DNA of 64,000 bases from Azolla caroliniana (lineage: Eukaryota > Plantae > Polypodiophyta), in the NCBI GenBank assembly GCA_043228905.1, contig JBHGNT010000022.1:10168001-10232000 (forward strand), written 5' to 3'. The notes below the pieces were generated by a model. That model was given only the letters and a program-made list of their open reading frames with translations, did not search any database and had not been told where the DNA came from. Numbering within the stretch: the stretch's first letter is position 1; each line of letters starts with the position of its first letter. A program made the translations under genes and the position numbers. Shown here piece by piece: positions 24,452-37,100 of this stretch.

Positions 24452-26553
24452 ATGGATGGCGAATATCTCATGGAGGCAATGTCAAAAAGGATGATGGAGT
24501 TTCTGAGTGAAGGGAAAAGAAGAAATGAAGCCCAACAAGCCATTGGCAGGGTAGTCGAGCGACTGAGTTATTTCAACGGCGCCGAAGTCCAAATTTTTCT
24601 AAAAGTCTACAATGCGGAGATGGATTCAAGAGGTGTGGACGAAGCTATGAGGCTGGAGTACTTTTGTTGGGTGGTGTCTCAACCGATCTTCAAAGATGTA
24701 AAGAGCTTCTAGAAGCTCATGATTCATGGGCGACTTTTGAGAAGGCTCTATTGGAGGAATATGGCTATGAGAGACTGAAAGGACGAGATCGACGCAACTT
24801 CGACCAATGGGTGACATCAACGAAGACCCACCAAGGCGCGACACAAGCATTCGTAGACTTTGAGCATCATTTTTCTCAACAGTCGGAACGGGAAAAAAGA
24901 TTGGTGGGGGTTGATAAGGTCCTTATGTTCGTGAAGTCAATCGATCGAATGGAAAGGATGGCTATTGGCCTCAAACTCGAAGAAGATGATGGTGCAAATG
25001 GCCTCATTGAGGATTGGAGCAAAGTGGAAAGTGTATGCCGACTACACGATAAGGGGCGAGCGAGAATATCGACGACAACAAGACGGCCCATGAGGGATGA
25101 TCAAAGAGGGGCGAGATGCAGCAACGCGCCACCAACAAAAGAAATAAAGCTTAAAAGGGAGACAAAACCGAGGCGAATGGTGATCGAGGAAGAAGAGACC
25201 TCCCACGAAATGCGGGTTAATGAAGTGGCCGTTACTAAGGCTTAGGTTCGGTATGACGGTACCGAGAGAGAAGGTGTGAAACAAGTCACCTTCTTGTCTT
25301 ATGAAGAAACGATGGCCAAGGAGGAGGCCGATGACTCAAGGACGGCGAACGCCACTTCGAGGGAGGATAAATGTTTTGGAACACGCATTGTGTACGAAAC
25401 AAATGGTGATGAAGGTGCAAGCATGAGAAAAGCTTGCATGATCGAGGGAGATAAAGTGTTTGGGTCCAACGTGATTGAGGAGGTAGCCATGGCAAACGAC
25501 ATCGAGTCGGAGGTGGCTATGGACGAGTCGACAACGGATAGCCATGTCGACACTTTCTTCACGCTTGTTCCAGAGACTTCGGCGGTTGCGCCTGTGTGCC
25601 AACGTGAGACCGGAGAGACAGAAGGTGGTGACGGGAAGACGAAGGCCCAACACAAGGAGGAAGAAGATCGAGGACGAAAGGATATCCCCACACCTATTCT
25701 AGAGACTTCGGCGGTTGTGCACATGCGCCAACGTGAGACCGGAGAGACGGAATGTGTCGGCCAAAAAGCGGAGCACCGGAAGGGCGATGAGGAAGACAAG
25801 GTAAATGTGCATGAGCGAAGGGATTCCTTCACACTGGTTCCGGAGACTTCGGCAGTCGAGACCGTGTGTCGACATAAGGCTGAAGATAAAGGAGGTGGCA
25901 AAGAGGAGACAATATGGCTCGAGGCGAGCATACACGGAGGGAAGGATATGGCTGACGAGGAGGCCAAGGATGAAGCCGCGGTTGAGTTCGATGGAGAGGC
26001 TGCATGCATGCAGGAAGGAAGAGTCGAGAACCAGTCGAACCAGAAGACGATCTGGCCGGGATTCCGGCCCGAACAAAGGAAGATCCACATGGGAGCCGAT
26101 CGACTGGGGCCGACCCGGCCAAAACCTGATTCGGCGAAAATCGATCGGACGATTCCGATCCAAAAGGGGGCCGACCTAGCCAGAATCAATCGGTCGAGCC
26201 CGACTCGGGGAAATGCGAATACAGACGAAGGCCAACCGAGCCAAGAAGCGATCGGCGAAGACCGATCCAGACAAGGGAAAACCCGGCATAATCGGAGATG
26301 GACACGAACGATCCACAACACCCAGTTGAAGACGGTGAGCGCGAAGAGTGGCCAGGAATCCAATCGAAGGACGCGCGTGGTGGACGAAGGAAGAGCGGTT
26401 GGATCGACGACATCGTTCAGTAGATCTACTACAACCGATCAGGGAAGAAGGTGTGAGCGCCGGATATGGTGGATTGGTTGGAAAGATTACGCATACTCGA
26501 AGTGGAAGACGAAATCAGATGAGTTCGACGAGCGTGCAGAGGAACTTGGTTGA
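24452..26553 (+). pseudogene. Gag-like ORF (copy 2)
   Basis: Same translation and same lesions as copy 1. Confidence 0.65.
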
Positions 26554-29309
26554 TCACTATTGCCAAAGATCTCACCTCTTCACCTTTCTCGGCACATACC
26601 GGAGGATGTGCGGGTTTGGTGGGGGTGGATGTCGTGACGATTTTTGGCTACGGTGTGAAACCGAGTGAGACGAATAAACCAAGGATGTGTAACATTGTAC
26701 ATGCACTTAGCAAATAAACCTAAGGCCTGTGGCACTTGAGTTCATACATAGGGGCGCAAGTAAGGTTTGAACCTTGCACCTCGAAGATACAAGATAATTG
26801 CCTTACCACTAGGACAACTATCATATAGTGTAAATTTTATCTATTTACTTTTCATATATGAATTATAGATGAAGCAACCATTAGAAAACCATGTGCACAA
26901 AACCATGGTTCTAAACCCATGGTTTGTGCATGACATAAGCAAAACTGTGTGCACAAAACCATGGTTTTGGCCCATGGTTTTGTGCATTTCACAAGCATGG
27001 AAAGACCTATAAAAGCCTCTAGTTGGGCTTGTGTAAGGGGGGCTCAATATGTGATATCACCAACACCACTATCATCAATATAATTATATTTGTCTTTATC
27101 TTCTTCATATATTTCTACTTCTCAAGTGTACAATCTTTCTTCTGCTCAAGTGAACAAATTTCATCTAATCTCACATTGATTGTCATCTCTTCGATAATTC
27201 TGCGAACAAGCTCCCCAGTCCAAGACCCCGGTGGTCGCTCGAGTAGCACACGCACGGGCGAATCTTCACGACAGCGCTCAAGCCATGGCACCATTATGTT
27301 TATGGAAATCGTTTTTTGGTAACAACGGACCACAAGTCCTTGAAATATTTTTGTGATCAACAAGACCTTAAATGTTGTAAGGCACGATGGGCAGATCTCA
27401 TCCAGGACTTTGATTTTTCCATACGATATCGTAAAGGTTCAATGAACACTATCGTTGATGCACTAAGTCGCATCCGTGAAGTTAACATGCTTAGCTTCAC
27501 TGAAATAACATCAGATCTTTATGATCACCTTCGACGAAAGTATTCTGATGACAGTTATTTTGCAAAATATTGGGCAAGAGTTGAGTCTGGAATAGACACC
27601 ACCACATCCTCGAAGGAATCCTTCCACATTAACAGTCTACTCTACCATAATGGGAAGGTTTGTGTTCCAAATTTTCCTGAGGTCAAAAATAGAATTCTTT
27701 TTTAATGCCACGATGCACCCTCAACAGGGCACCATGGAATACATCACAGACTCGTTCTCATCTCCACTGAATTCTATCGAGATTTTATTGTTAGCCTTCC
27801 TTGCACCCAAAAAGGCCATGATGTCATCAAGGTTGTTGTTGATCGACTAACTAAAATGGCCAGGTTTATTGCTACTAAAACCACAGTAACAGTTTGCGGA
27901 ATAGCGCTAGGCCACAACAAAGACTCAAACAATAGAGGAAAACAAAATAGAAATGGAGGTTTGTACACTTACATAGAAGAGGCGACACATTATGTTTGCA
28001 TGGGAAACCGTAATAGGGAAAAACCACGGGAGCCCATAGACTCCAACTATCACTATAGGAGAAAAGAGTACAACCGGAGACTCAGAAGCAACGACCTCGA
28101 GCTTAGTATCTTCGCCAACCGGTGGCTTCTCTTCTCATTGTACAACTAACAACAACCTTTTGTGTACAAAGTGATTTCCCTAAGTCATATTTATACTTAT
28201 ATGACTTTAAGACTATTTACAAATATAGCCTTTACAGGCACACTAGAAACATATTTGCAGATATATCCCTCGATCCGGTTCCCACTGGATCCATTTGGAT
28301 ACCTTTCGGTCTGGTCTGATTGTTGCATCCAGTCTGGTTCCTTCCTTCGGCTCGTCCGATCCGGCTCCTCTGGATCCCATTCAGAGGGACCAAATTCCCA
28401 ACAAACTCCCCCTTCACTCTAACATGGGATTTCTCGTTAGTCCAATCCATCTCTGCCATGTGTCCAGTTTGTTGGCTAACAGCACCTTGGTTAGCATATC
28501 TGATCCGTTCTCCTCTGTGTGGATCTTCGTTGACGCAAAGTCTTGATCTTCTACCTTCTCTCAGAGCCATTGATATCTTCTCTGGATGTGCTTAGTCCGG
28601 GAATGGTAGGTTGCGTTCTTAGCAAGGTGGATGGCACTTTGGCTATCGTAGTAGAGCCGGTATTCCTCCTATTGAATCCCTAGCTCTCCGATGAAGTCCT
28701 TCATCCAGATTACTTCCTTGCCGGCTTCCACAACTGCCACGTACTCCGCTTCCATTTTTGACAGTGCAACGGACTTCTGTGGCCTCAATTGCCACGATAC
28801 GGCTCCCCTTGCATATGTCATGACGTATCCGGATGTGGACCGGCTGGTATCCGCATTAGCCAACATATATGAGTCCGTAAAGCCATCCAGTTGGCGTTTA
28901 CCTGAGCCAAACCAGAGGCACATACTCGAGGTGCCTTTCACGTACCGGAGTATCCACTTGTGTCAGGAATAGTACTAAAGCAGAGATGGAATTAGTACTA
29001 AGAAGAGTAGTACTATTAGTACTAAGAGGACGGGACTGCGTAAGATTCCCGAGAGAGAGGAAGTGAGAAGAGGAGAGAGAGAGATAGGATGATGACAACA
29101 ACTCTTATATTATATGAAAGATAAGTACAAATCGGCTAAGAGGCTTAAGACTGGTGTTGAACCAATTTGGTTCAAAACAATGCCTTGTGCCTCCTTTTAT
29201 AGTGTTTTTAGGAATAATCCTGAAGCTTCTAGAATGTTCCAGAGAGATCTGGAATATACATCAATTTTCTATGATAAAGCATAAATGAAAATAATATCCT
29301 ACAAATTAC

Positions 29310-29376
29310 AATTCATAGTCTAATGGTAAGAGCTTGACCCATGTAGCATAAGGTCATGGGTTCGAGTCTTGCCATA
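29310..29376 (+). promoter_or_regulatory. tRNA-like Pol III A/B-box cassette in Tcn1-like LTR (copy at ~39666-39732)
   Basis: TAGTCTAATGGTAAGAGC ... GGTTCGAGTC. Confidence 0.7.
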
Positions 29377-29395
29377 TCATGATATTATCTCCCCC

Positions 29396-32300
29396 TTAAA
29401 GATGACGAGTGGAACGAGTTGGCGCTAATTGCGAACCGGGTTTGTCCGGATACTTTCGGTGGAAATCAGCAAGAAGATCCTGTGCATTGGCAACATGCTC
29501 GACGGGTTCCCATGTATGTTCGCTCGGACTATAACCGAGCCAATCGACCAAGTAATAAAGTTTGTTGCGAACAAGTTTGGAATCGAGGATGGCAGTAACT
29601 TCATACTCCGGGCCGGCGTCCAACTCCAGCGGGGGCGGTGGTGGTGTCACACGATCGGGAATGGTGTTTGCTTTATAAGGTTCAAGAAGAGAACAATGGA
29701 AAACCGGATGTATCTGAAGCTACGGAGGGAGATCAAGGCGGAAGGTGACATCATTAATCTTACCCGTAATACGGAAGGGACCGAGTCGTCGATAATCCAA
29801 CTTGTCGCACGGTCGAGTAGTCTTGATGTGACGACGTAAGAGCCATACTCGATCTCCGATGGCAAAAGAGGAGGGAATCCGATGACGATCCGCATAAGTC
29901 TTCTGTGTATGTTGAGCATGACGAAGGTGAGTAGAGAGATCCATCTGGATCTTGCGTAGCCTCTCCAAATGATCCTCGGCACGAGGGTTCGTAGGTGGCT
30001 CCGGAGTGTCGATCACCGACCAACGAGGATGGAAACCTCTATAAGAGAAAAATGGGGAGACCGGAGTCGAGGAGTGAATAGCATTATTATACGCAAACTC
30101 CACAAAGTGGAGAATCTCGGCCCAATCGTCCTATTGATAACTCAGGAAACACCAGAGATATTGCTCCAGCGTTTGGTTTGTTCGTTCCGCCTGCCCGTCG
30201 GTCTGAGGATGGTAGCCGGAGGAGAGGTTGCAGGAGACCTTGAGCATCTTGAAGAGATGTTGCCAAAATTTAGAGGCGAATCGGTAAGGGTTCCAACAAG
30301 CCATATGGATGGTGTCGTGGCATCTTTGCTCGGTAGCAAGCATCACAGGTCCGAACGTAGTTGTCGACAAAACGGTGCATGTGGGGCCACCAAAAAGATC
30401 GTTGGACTAGCTCCAACGTCTTAGTACTACCGAAATGTCCCGCCGTATGGGTGTCGTAACAATGTTGGACGATTTGAAGGCGATAGGAGCAATCGGGGAC
30501 ATATACGCGCTTTTTAAAGAATAACAAACCATCATGATATTCGAATTGTCGGTAGTCAATACCTGGTTGTTGAGACTGAGAATAGGATGCCCAAGAAGTA
30601 TCAATGTGCGCTAGGATGTCTTGAGCAAAACTATCCGTCTTCAAGGTTGCACGTATGTCATCGGCAATCCGTGAATCCATCGGGGTGTGAATAATCCGCG
30701 TCATGTGCAATCGTGTTGGTCCCAAGATTACTTGCTTTTGATTATCAAATGTTGTATCACCAGGACGAGGTGCAAGATATGAACGCCGTGATAGTGCATT
30801 TGCTTTTCCTTGCTGCTTCCCCGGTCGATATGTGATTTTGAAGTCGAAATGCGTGAGGAATTGCGCCCACCGAGCTTGCCGTCGATTTAGTACGCGAGCG
30901 TTCTGAAAATAAGCAAGATTTTTATGATCGCTAAAGACAATGACCTGATGTGGAGAGCCCTCTAAGAAATGCCGCCATTGTACAAGTGAATCCACAATGG
31001 CTAATAACTCCTTGTCATGTATTTCGTAGTTGATTTCTGCGACATCCAATTTGCGCGAATGGAAAGCCACCGGATGCAACTCTCCTTTATCGCCTTGTTG
31101 AGAAAGGATGCTACCGACGGCAAAATCTGATGCGTCGGCCTCCATGATGAATGGTTTGCTTGTATCCACATGAGCTAGAATCGGTGCTGATGTAAAGGCT
31201 TTCTTAAGATGCCGAAAAGCCATATCTGCTTCTATGGACCAATGAAATGCTTGGCCCTTCTTCGTAAGTTGTGTGAGAGGTAAAATAATCTTCGAGTAAT
31301 CCTGTATAAACTTACGGTAGAAGTTAGCAAAACCTAGAAAACATTGTACATCTCGTACCGACCGTGGAATTTGCCACTCTAGTACAGTTTGGATTTTAGC
31401 TGGATCCATGGCGATGCCCTTTGAGGAGATGACGTAGCCTAGAAATTCTACTTGCTTGCAGTTAAAGCTACATTTTTCTAGCTTGGCATAAAGACCATTC
31501 TCGCGGAGTCGCTTTAGTACTAATAGTACATGAGAATCGTGCTCTTCCTGGGTCTTCGAATAAATCAATAGATCATCCAGATAAATGATCAAACAGATAT
31601 CCAAGAGGTCTCTGAATATATCATTTGCCATGTGTTGGAAGACTGCGGGTGCATTGGTTAGGCCAAATGGCATAATAATATACTCGAAATGCCCATACCA
31701 CGTGCGAAAGGCAGTCTTCCACTCATCTCCCGGTCGGATCCGCACGAGGTTATACGCTCCTCGTAGGTCGATTTTAGTAAAAAAAACTTGGCACCATTAA
31801 CTCGCTCTAAAAGACTTGATATAAGAGGAAGTGCATACCTATTCCGGATGGTGACTTTATTCAATCCGCGGTAATCAACGACAAGACGAAGTGAGCCATC
31901 TTTCTTCTTGACAAAGAAGATGGGTGCACCGGCCGGAGATTTCGAATGGCGGATGAACCCGCTTGCCAAGTTCTCCTCTATGTAGGCTCGAAGGACTTCT
32001 AACTCAGTGGGTGACAAGTTGTAAATTGGTCCCCATGGTGGCTCGGTTCCTGGTTGTAAATCGATGGGACAGTCATAGGGACGGTGATGAGGAAGGGTAC
32101 CGGCTTTTACCTTGTCAAATACATCGGCATAAGGATGATATTTTGCTGGAAGTTGTACTGAGGAGTCCTTCTTAATAGTGCTGGAAGGATGTACTGATAT
32201 TGCAAATAGGAACATTGCCTCCTTGGGTCCTTCTTCGCGTAGTTGATGGAGTGAAATGGTCGAAACTTGGTGAGTTGATTCTTGGGGTGGTCGATATCGG

Positions 32301-33894
32301 ACTTCTCTTGTTCTCCAATCTATGGCTGGATTATGTAATTCAAACCAAGGTAATCCTAGGACAATGGGATGCTCTGGACTACTAATATTAAATGATATTA
32401 CACACACAAAACTACCTAGGGCAACTTGAATGGGTTCTGATTCTTCTACAATATTCCCGGAAGCAATGGGACGACCATCAATGACTACTACAAATGCGGG
32501 ACAAGGAAGTTTTCTTAAGGATATCTGAGAAGCTTGGGCAAAATTTCGATCCATGAAACAGGAATTAGCTCCGGAATCTAAAAGTGCTAGGACGGGTACT
32601 GGGGGAGTACTTTTAGTACTAACAATGACTTGGGCTAGGAGCACATTACTAACTTGCTTGGAAGGAATGGAACCACTAATGGGCTGTACAGATCTAGGGC
32701 TGCTGTCCAACCAAACGGCTCCTATTTTGGCTGGACTCAATCGTTTAACTCTTCATCTAATTGACTAAGGATTTCAAATTTATTTGAGATACTTGGGCTA
32801 TTAGTACTATGAATACTATAAAACACTCTATTACTACTATTAATACTATCAGACACTCCTAAGGGAAGAATTGACTCGGGTTTAGTACAGGCTACAATTT
32901 GATTTACCTGTCTTCTTGGCCTATGGGGACAATTGATTGCGATATGCCCTGGTCCACCGCAATAAAGATCAAATCGATTTGCACGTCGTCGTTGCTTTTC
33001 TTCTTCCGATAACGGGTCGTGTCGACGCATGGTATCAATCTCTATCGGTGTCAAAGTATTTGCTTGAGGTATGTCTCGTGCAAAAGGTCTAGCCGCGACT
33101 GCGGCGTAAGTGGGCTCCGGCCTAGCGCGTGGTATCTGTAATTGACGTTCCGAACGCCGTTCGAAGAGGCGGTTGTCACATCAGACCACTCGACTGATTG
33201 CCTCCGTAAGAGACTTTGGTTCTTCGGGGAAGGTTAGAAGTAGATCTTTGACATCATTTCGCAGGCCATAGCGAAACTGCTCCATTAGTGCTTGATCATC
33301 CCAGGGTATGTCGAAAGCGAGTAGGCGGAAATCCGCCGCGTAGGCAGAGGCTGGACGATCGCCTTGATGCAATCGCCGGATCTTGTTGATCGTCGTCCTG
33401 ATGTTGTCGGTGTCTCCAAAGCAGGCTTTGAACTCACTAATAAAATCTTCAAAGTTATTAAGCAAGGGCGATTGTTTTTCTAGAAGCGGAGCGAACCATG
33501 CTAAGGCTGAGCCGCTAAGCAACGTGCCCATTAAGCCGAGTCGGGATGCATCAGTGGGGTATCAGGAAGGATGCATTTGGAGGACTAATCGTACCTGATT
33601 AAGGAATCCCCTGAATTGCGATCGCGTTCCATCAAATTTCACAGGAAGTCCAATCTTCGGCTCTTTATGAAATCCTTGGGGACTTGATCCTTGTTGTTGC
33701 AATGCCGCTTCGAGTTGTTGCACCCGTAACGCTAACTCCCCATGTTGTTGCTGCGTTTGTTGCTTTTCTAGAGCGATTTGTTGCAGATCCCCTATCAGCC
33801 GTTGGTTTTCTTGTTCCAGGGCAACAAACTTTTCTTTTAGGCACTGTAACTCGGAGAAAACAGATTGATATTCTTGGGCGCTAACAGTAGCCAT
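29396..33894 (-). pseudogene. Chromovirus gag (33894-32737) and pol (~32740-29396) with stops, frameshifts and an integrase-core deletion
   Basis: KFDGTRSQFRGF, YCGGPGHIAINC, ALLDSGA, IIYLDD, EADASD, HPQTDGQAE, YEVTAILDS..YLVDWLGY..TWEP. Confidence 0.93.
32705..32749 (-). promoter_or_regulatory. Putative -1 ribosomal frameshift signal at the gag/pol junction
   Basis: G TTA AAC heptamer, 6-nt spacer, 11-bp stem GTCCAGCCAAA/TTTGGTTGGAC; pol lies in the -1 frame. Confidence 0.75.
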
Positions 33895-33955
33895 AGTAGA
33901 GGGAAAAGGGTAGGAGGATGAGGGAGAACGACAAGTAGGCTGGAGGAAAGAGAAG

Positions 33956-33967
33956 AAATTGGTTCAA
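33956..33967 (-). promoter_or_regulatory. Self-priming-type PBS
   Basis: TTGAACCAATTT, 2 nt after the 5' LTR, is complementary to AAATTGGTTCAA located 33 nt downstream of the LTR TATA box. Confidence 0.75.
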
Positions 33968-34138
33968 ACTGTCAAGAATAGTACTAAAGCAGAGATGGAA
34001 TTAGTACTAAGAAGAGTAGTACTATTAGTACTAAGAGGACGGGACTGCGTAAGATTCCCGAGAGAGAGGAAGTGAGAAGAGGAGAGAGAGAGAGATAGGA
34101 TGATGACAACAACTCTTATATTATATGAAAGATAAGTA

Positions 34139-37100
34139 TGTTGGGATTACGATCCCTTCGGATGGGATGGTCGGATGTCGGAGATGAATGCCGACGAGCC
34201 CGGTTTCGGTTTCGGATCCGGATGTTGAAGACCCCGGCTTCGGTGCCGGATGACGAATGTACCCGGAGAGCGATCCGGATGCAGGGACATATCCGTGAAT
34301 ATGTTCGCTATAGGCCCCCTGAGGCTATAGTTGTAAATAGCCCCAAAGTCATATATGTATAAATATGACTTAGGGCAAACTGTTTTATTGCTGCTAATCA
34401 TTTTTCTGTTTTTCCACTCAAGAGGAGTGAAGAGGGAGCAGTCGTGAGAGAGAGAGAGAGAGATAGAGCGTGAGAGAGGAAGAGGACGACGCCTCTTTGT
34501 ATTTCCGCCTCCTGTGGCGAGGACAGCGAGCTCAAGGTCGTCGCCTTGCAGCTCGCCATTGTATACTTCTCTGTATAGTGTTGGTTTGGAGTCTTGTACT
34601 CCCGTGGTTTTTTCCCGTTTAGGGTTTTCCACGTTAAATCGTGTGTTCACTCTATTTCTCGCATTTCCTATTTTCTGCAACAACGATCCGTGTGTTTTCC
34701 TTGGTTGTGGCCGAGAGGTGAAGATTGGAAAGTGTCGATCGATTTTCAACAAACTGGTATCAGAGCGAAGTGCTGCAGAAAATGGAAGGCGGCGGCAGCG
34801 GGCAGCCGGGGATGATGGTGCTGAATGCGCAGAATTACGCCGACTGGAAGATCAAGATGGAGGATCTTCTGATTGTTCGGGACCTGTACGAACCGATTGA
34901 CAGGTCAGAAATACCGAAGGGGGTACTTGAGTCAGAATGGAGGCTTCTGAACCGGAAAGCCGTTGCAACCATTCGGCAATACGTCGACGTGAGCGTTTTA
35001 CAACATGTGGCGAACGACACCAACGCATATGAGATGTGGCGGAAGCTGTCGGGCCTCTATGAGAGGAAGAATGCGTTGAACCGAACCTCCCTGATGAGGA
35101 AGATAGTGAATCTCAAGTACCGGGACGGCGAGAGTATGGTGGAACACGTAAGCACGTTCATGGGATTCGTGAATCAGCTTGCGGCGATCAAGTTCCCGTT
35201 GGAGGATGCAATGCAAGCCATCATCCTGATGTGTACATTGCCGGAAAGCTGGGAGAACTTGGTGGTGACTCTCAACACCTCCTGCACAGAAGATAACTTG
35301 TCCTTGCAAATGGTAAAGACAAGTATTTTGAACGAAGAAGCGCGTCGGAGAGATAAAGAACCGGCCTTCGACCCGAAGGCGCTGCTTACCGAATCGGATC
35401 GGGGAAGACAATGGAACCGGAGTCCGCAAAGACGGGAGAAGTCGGGGACCCGGTCGCAGTCAAGAGGAAGGCCCACATGCTTCCACTGTGGGAAACCGGG
35501 GCACTTCCGAAAGAATTGTCGGCATTACCGAAAAGACAACGGAGCCGACGACACCGATTCGAAGAAGTCACCGGAGAGAAACGGTGCATACCGGGGAGCC
35601 ACGGACCGGAGAGGTTCGGATCGGCGAGGGCAGGACCGGAAAGGAACGACGGCACTCGCGGCAAGTGAGGAAGAAATCATGCTCATCACGGAAGAAGGTG
35701 AACTAAACATTGCCGGCGATGAGACGACCTGGGTGGTCGATTCCGGAGCATCGTTCCACCTGACCCCGGAGAGAAGATACTTCTCATCCTACACAGCCGG
35801 TGAGCATGGCTGTGTTCGGATGGGAAATGAAGGTACGTGCCGGATCGCCGGCATCGGAGACGTGTGGTTGACAACCCCGACCGGATGCAAAATGCTGCTG
35901 AAGGATGTCCGACACGTTCCGGAGGTTCGATTGAACCTGATTTCGGCCGGGAGGCTAGACGATGAAGGCTACACAGGTAGCATCCGGAACGGCGTAATGA
36001 AGTTCAGCAAGGGGAGCCTGATAGTGGCTCGGGCCCGGAAAGACAACACACTGTACCTGATGAATGCCCGGTTATGTCCGGAAGAGCTGAATGTGGCAGC
36101 CGACACTGCCGGTGAGCTGTGGCACAAAAGACTGTGCCACATGAGTGAGAAGGGGATGAAGAGGCTTGCAGAAGACAACCTTATTCCAGTGAAGCATGTG
36201 CACCTGGAGAAGTGCACCGATTGCCTGGCCGGTAAGCAGAACCGAACCTCCTTCCATTCAAGGCCACCGACGAGACGTAGCGCACCATTGGAGTTGGTGC
36301 ACACTGATGTGTGTCAGGTAGAAACGAAGTCACATGGCGGAGCCCAGTACTTCGTAACATTCATTGATGATCACAGCCGGAAGCTGTGGTCGGCACCGTT
36401 GAAGACAAAGGACCAAGTGTTGTGCGTCTTCAAAGAACTCCACGCGAGAGTGGAAAGGGAATCCGGCAAGAAGCTGAAAGCGATACGAGCGGATAACGGA
36501 GGGGAATACCGGGGGCAGTTCCAGGAGTACTGTCGCTCGAAGGGAATCCGGCTCGAGTTTACTGTGCCGAAGACGCCGGAACTAAACGGGCTGGCCGAGA
36601 GGATGAACCGGACCATAATGGAGAGGGTCCGGAGTATGCTGGCGCATGCGAAATTACCCAAGGGGTTTTGGGCTGAGGCAATGTCGACGGCGACATACGT
36701 GATAAACAGATCACCCTCAGTACCTTTGGACGGAGACACGCCGCAGAAAGTGTGGACCGGTAAAGAAGTGTCCTACCGGCATCTGAAGGTGTTCGGGTGT
36801 CTCGCATACGTGCATGTGGCAAAGGACCGGAGAGGAAAGCTAGATCCAAAGACCCGGCCATGCATATTCCTCGGTTACGGCGACGACGAGTTCGGCTACC
36901 GAGTATGGGACCCGGTCGACAAGAAGATATTCAGGAGTCGAGACATCATCTTCATGGAGGACAAGACACTCGCCGACTGGGAGTCGGAGAAGAAGATGAA
37001 GAGCTCCAAGTCGACCGGTGAGGATCAACTCTACGAGGAGCAGTCCCGACCGGCAAGGGACCGGTTAGCACTCGAGGATCCGGCCGAAGACGGTGAAGAA

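Larger units (their letters stand above)
20897..27273 (+). mobile_element. Tandem non-autonomous LTR retroelement: LTR1 20897-21541, LTR2 23764-24407, LTR3 26630-27273; period 2866 bp
   Basis: Three ~644-bp TGTCGT...CGACA LTRs, two near-identical internal regions, PBS and PPT in each unit, 4-bp TSD GCG(A/C). Confidence 0.95.
20304..27891 (+). pseudogene. Degenerate Ty3/gypsy pol (RT-RNase H-integrase) split by the tandem element; pieces 20304-20896 and 27274-27891
   Basis: SKCEF, ETDASDY, EKELFAVIHA|LKPWHHY continuous across the insertion, TDHKSL, VDALSR, VVDRLTKMA. Confidence 0.88.

Noticed and set aside
34147-34752. 201-aa antisense ORF spanning the young copia LTR (also 38874-39479)
   Set aside because: No ATG start, runs through a (GA)n tract, and is duplicated only because the LTR is
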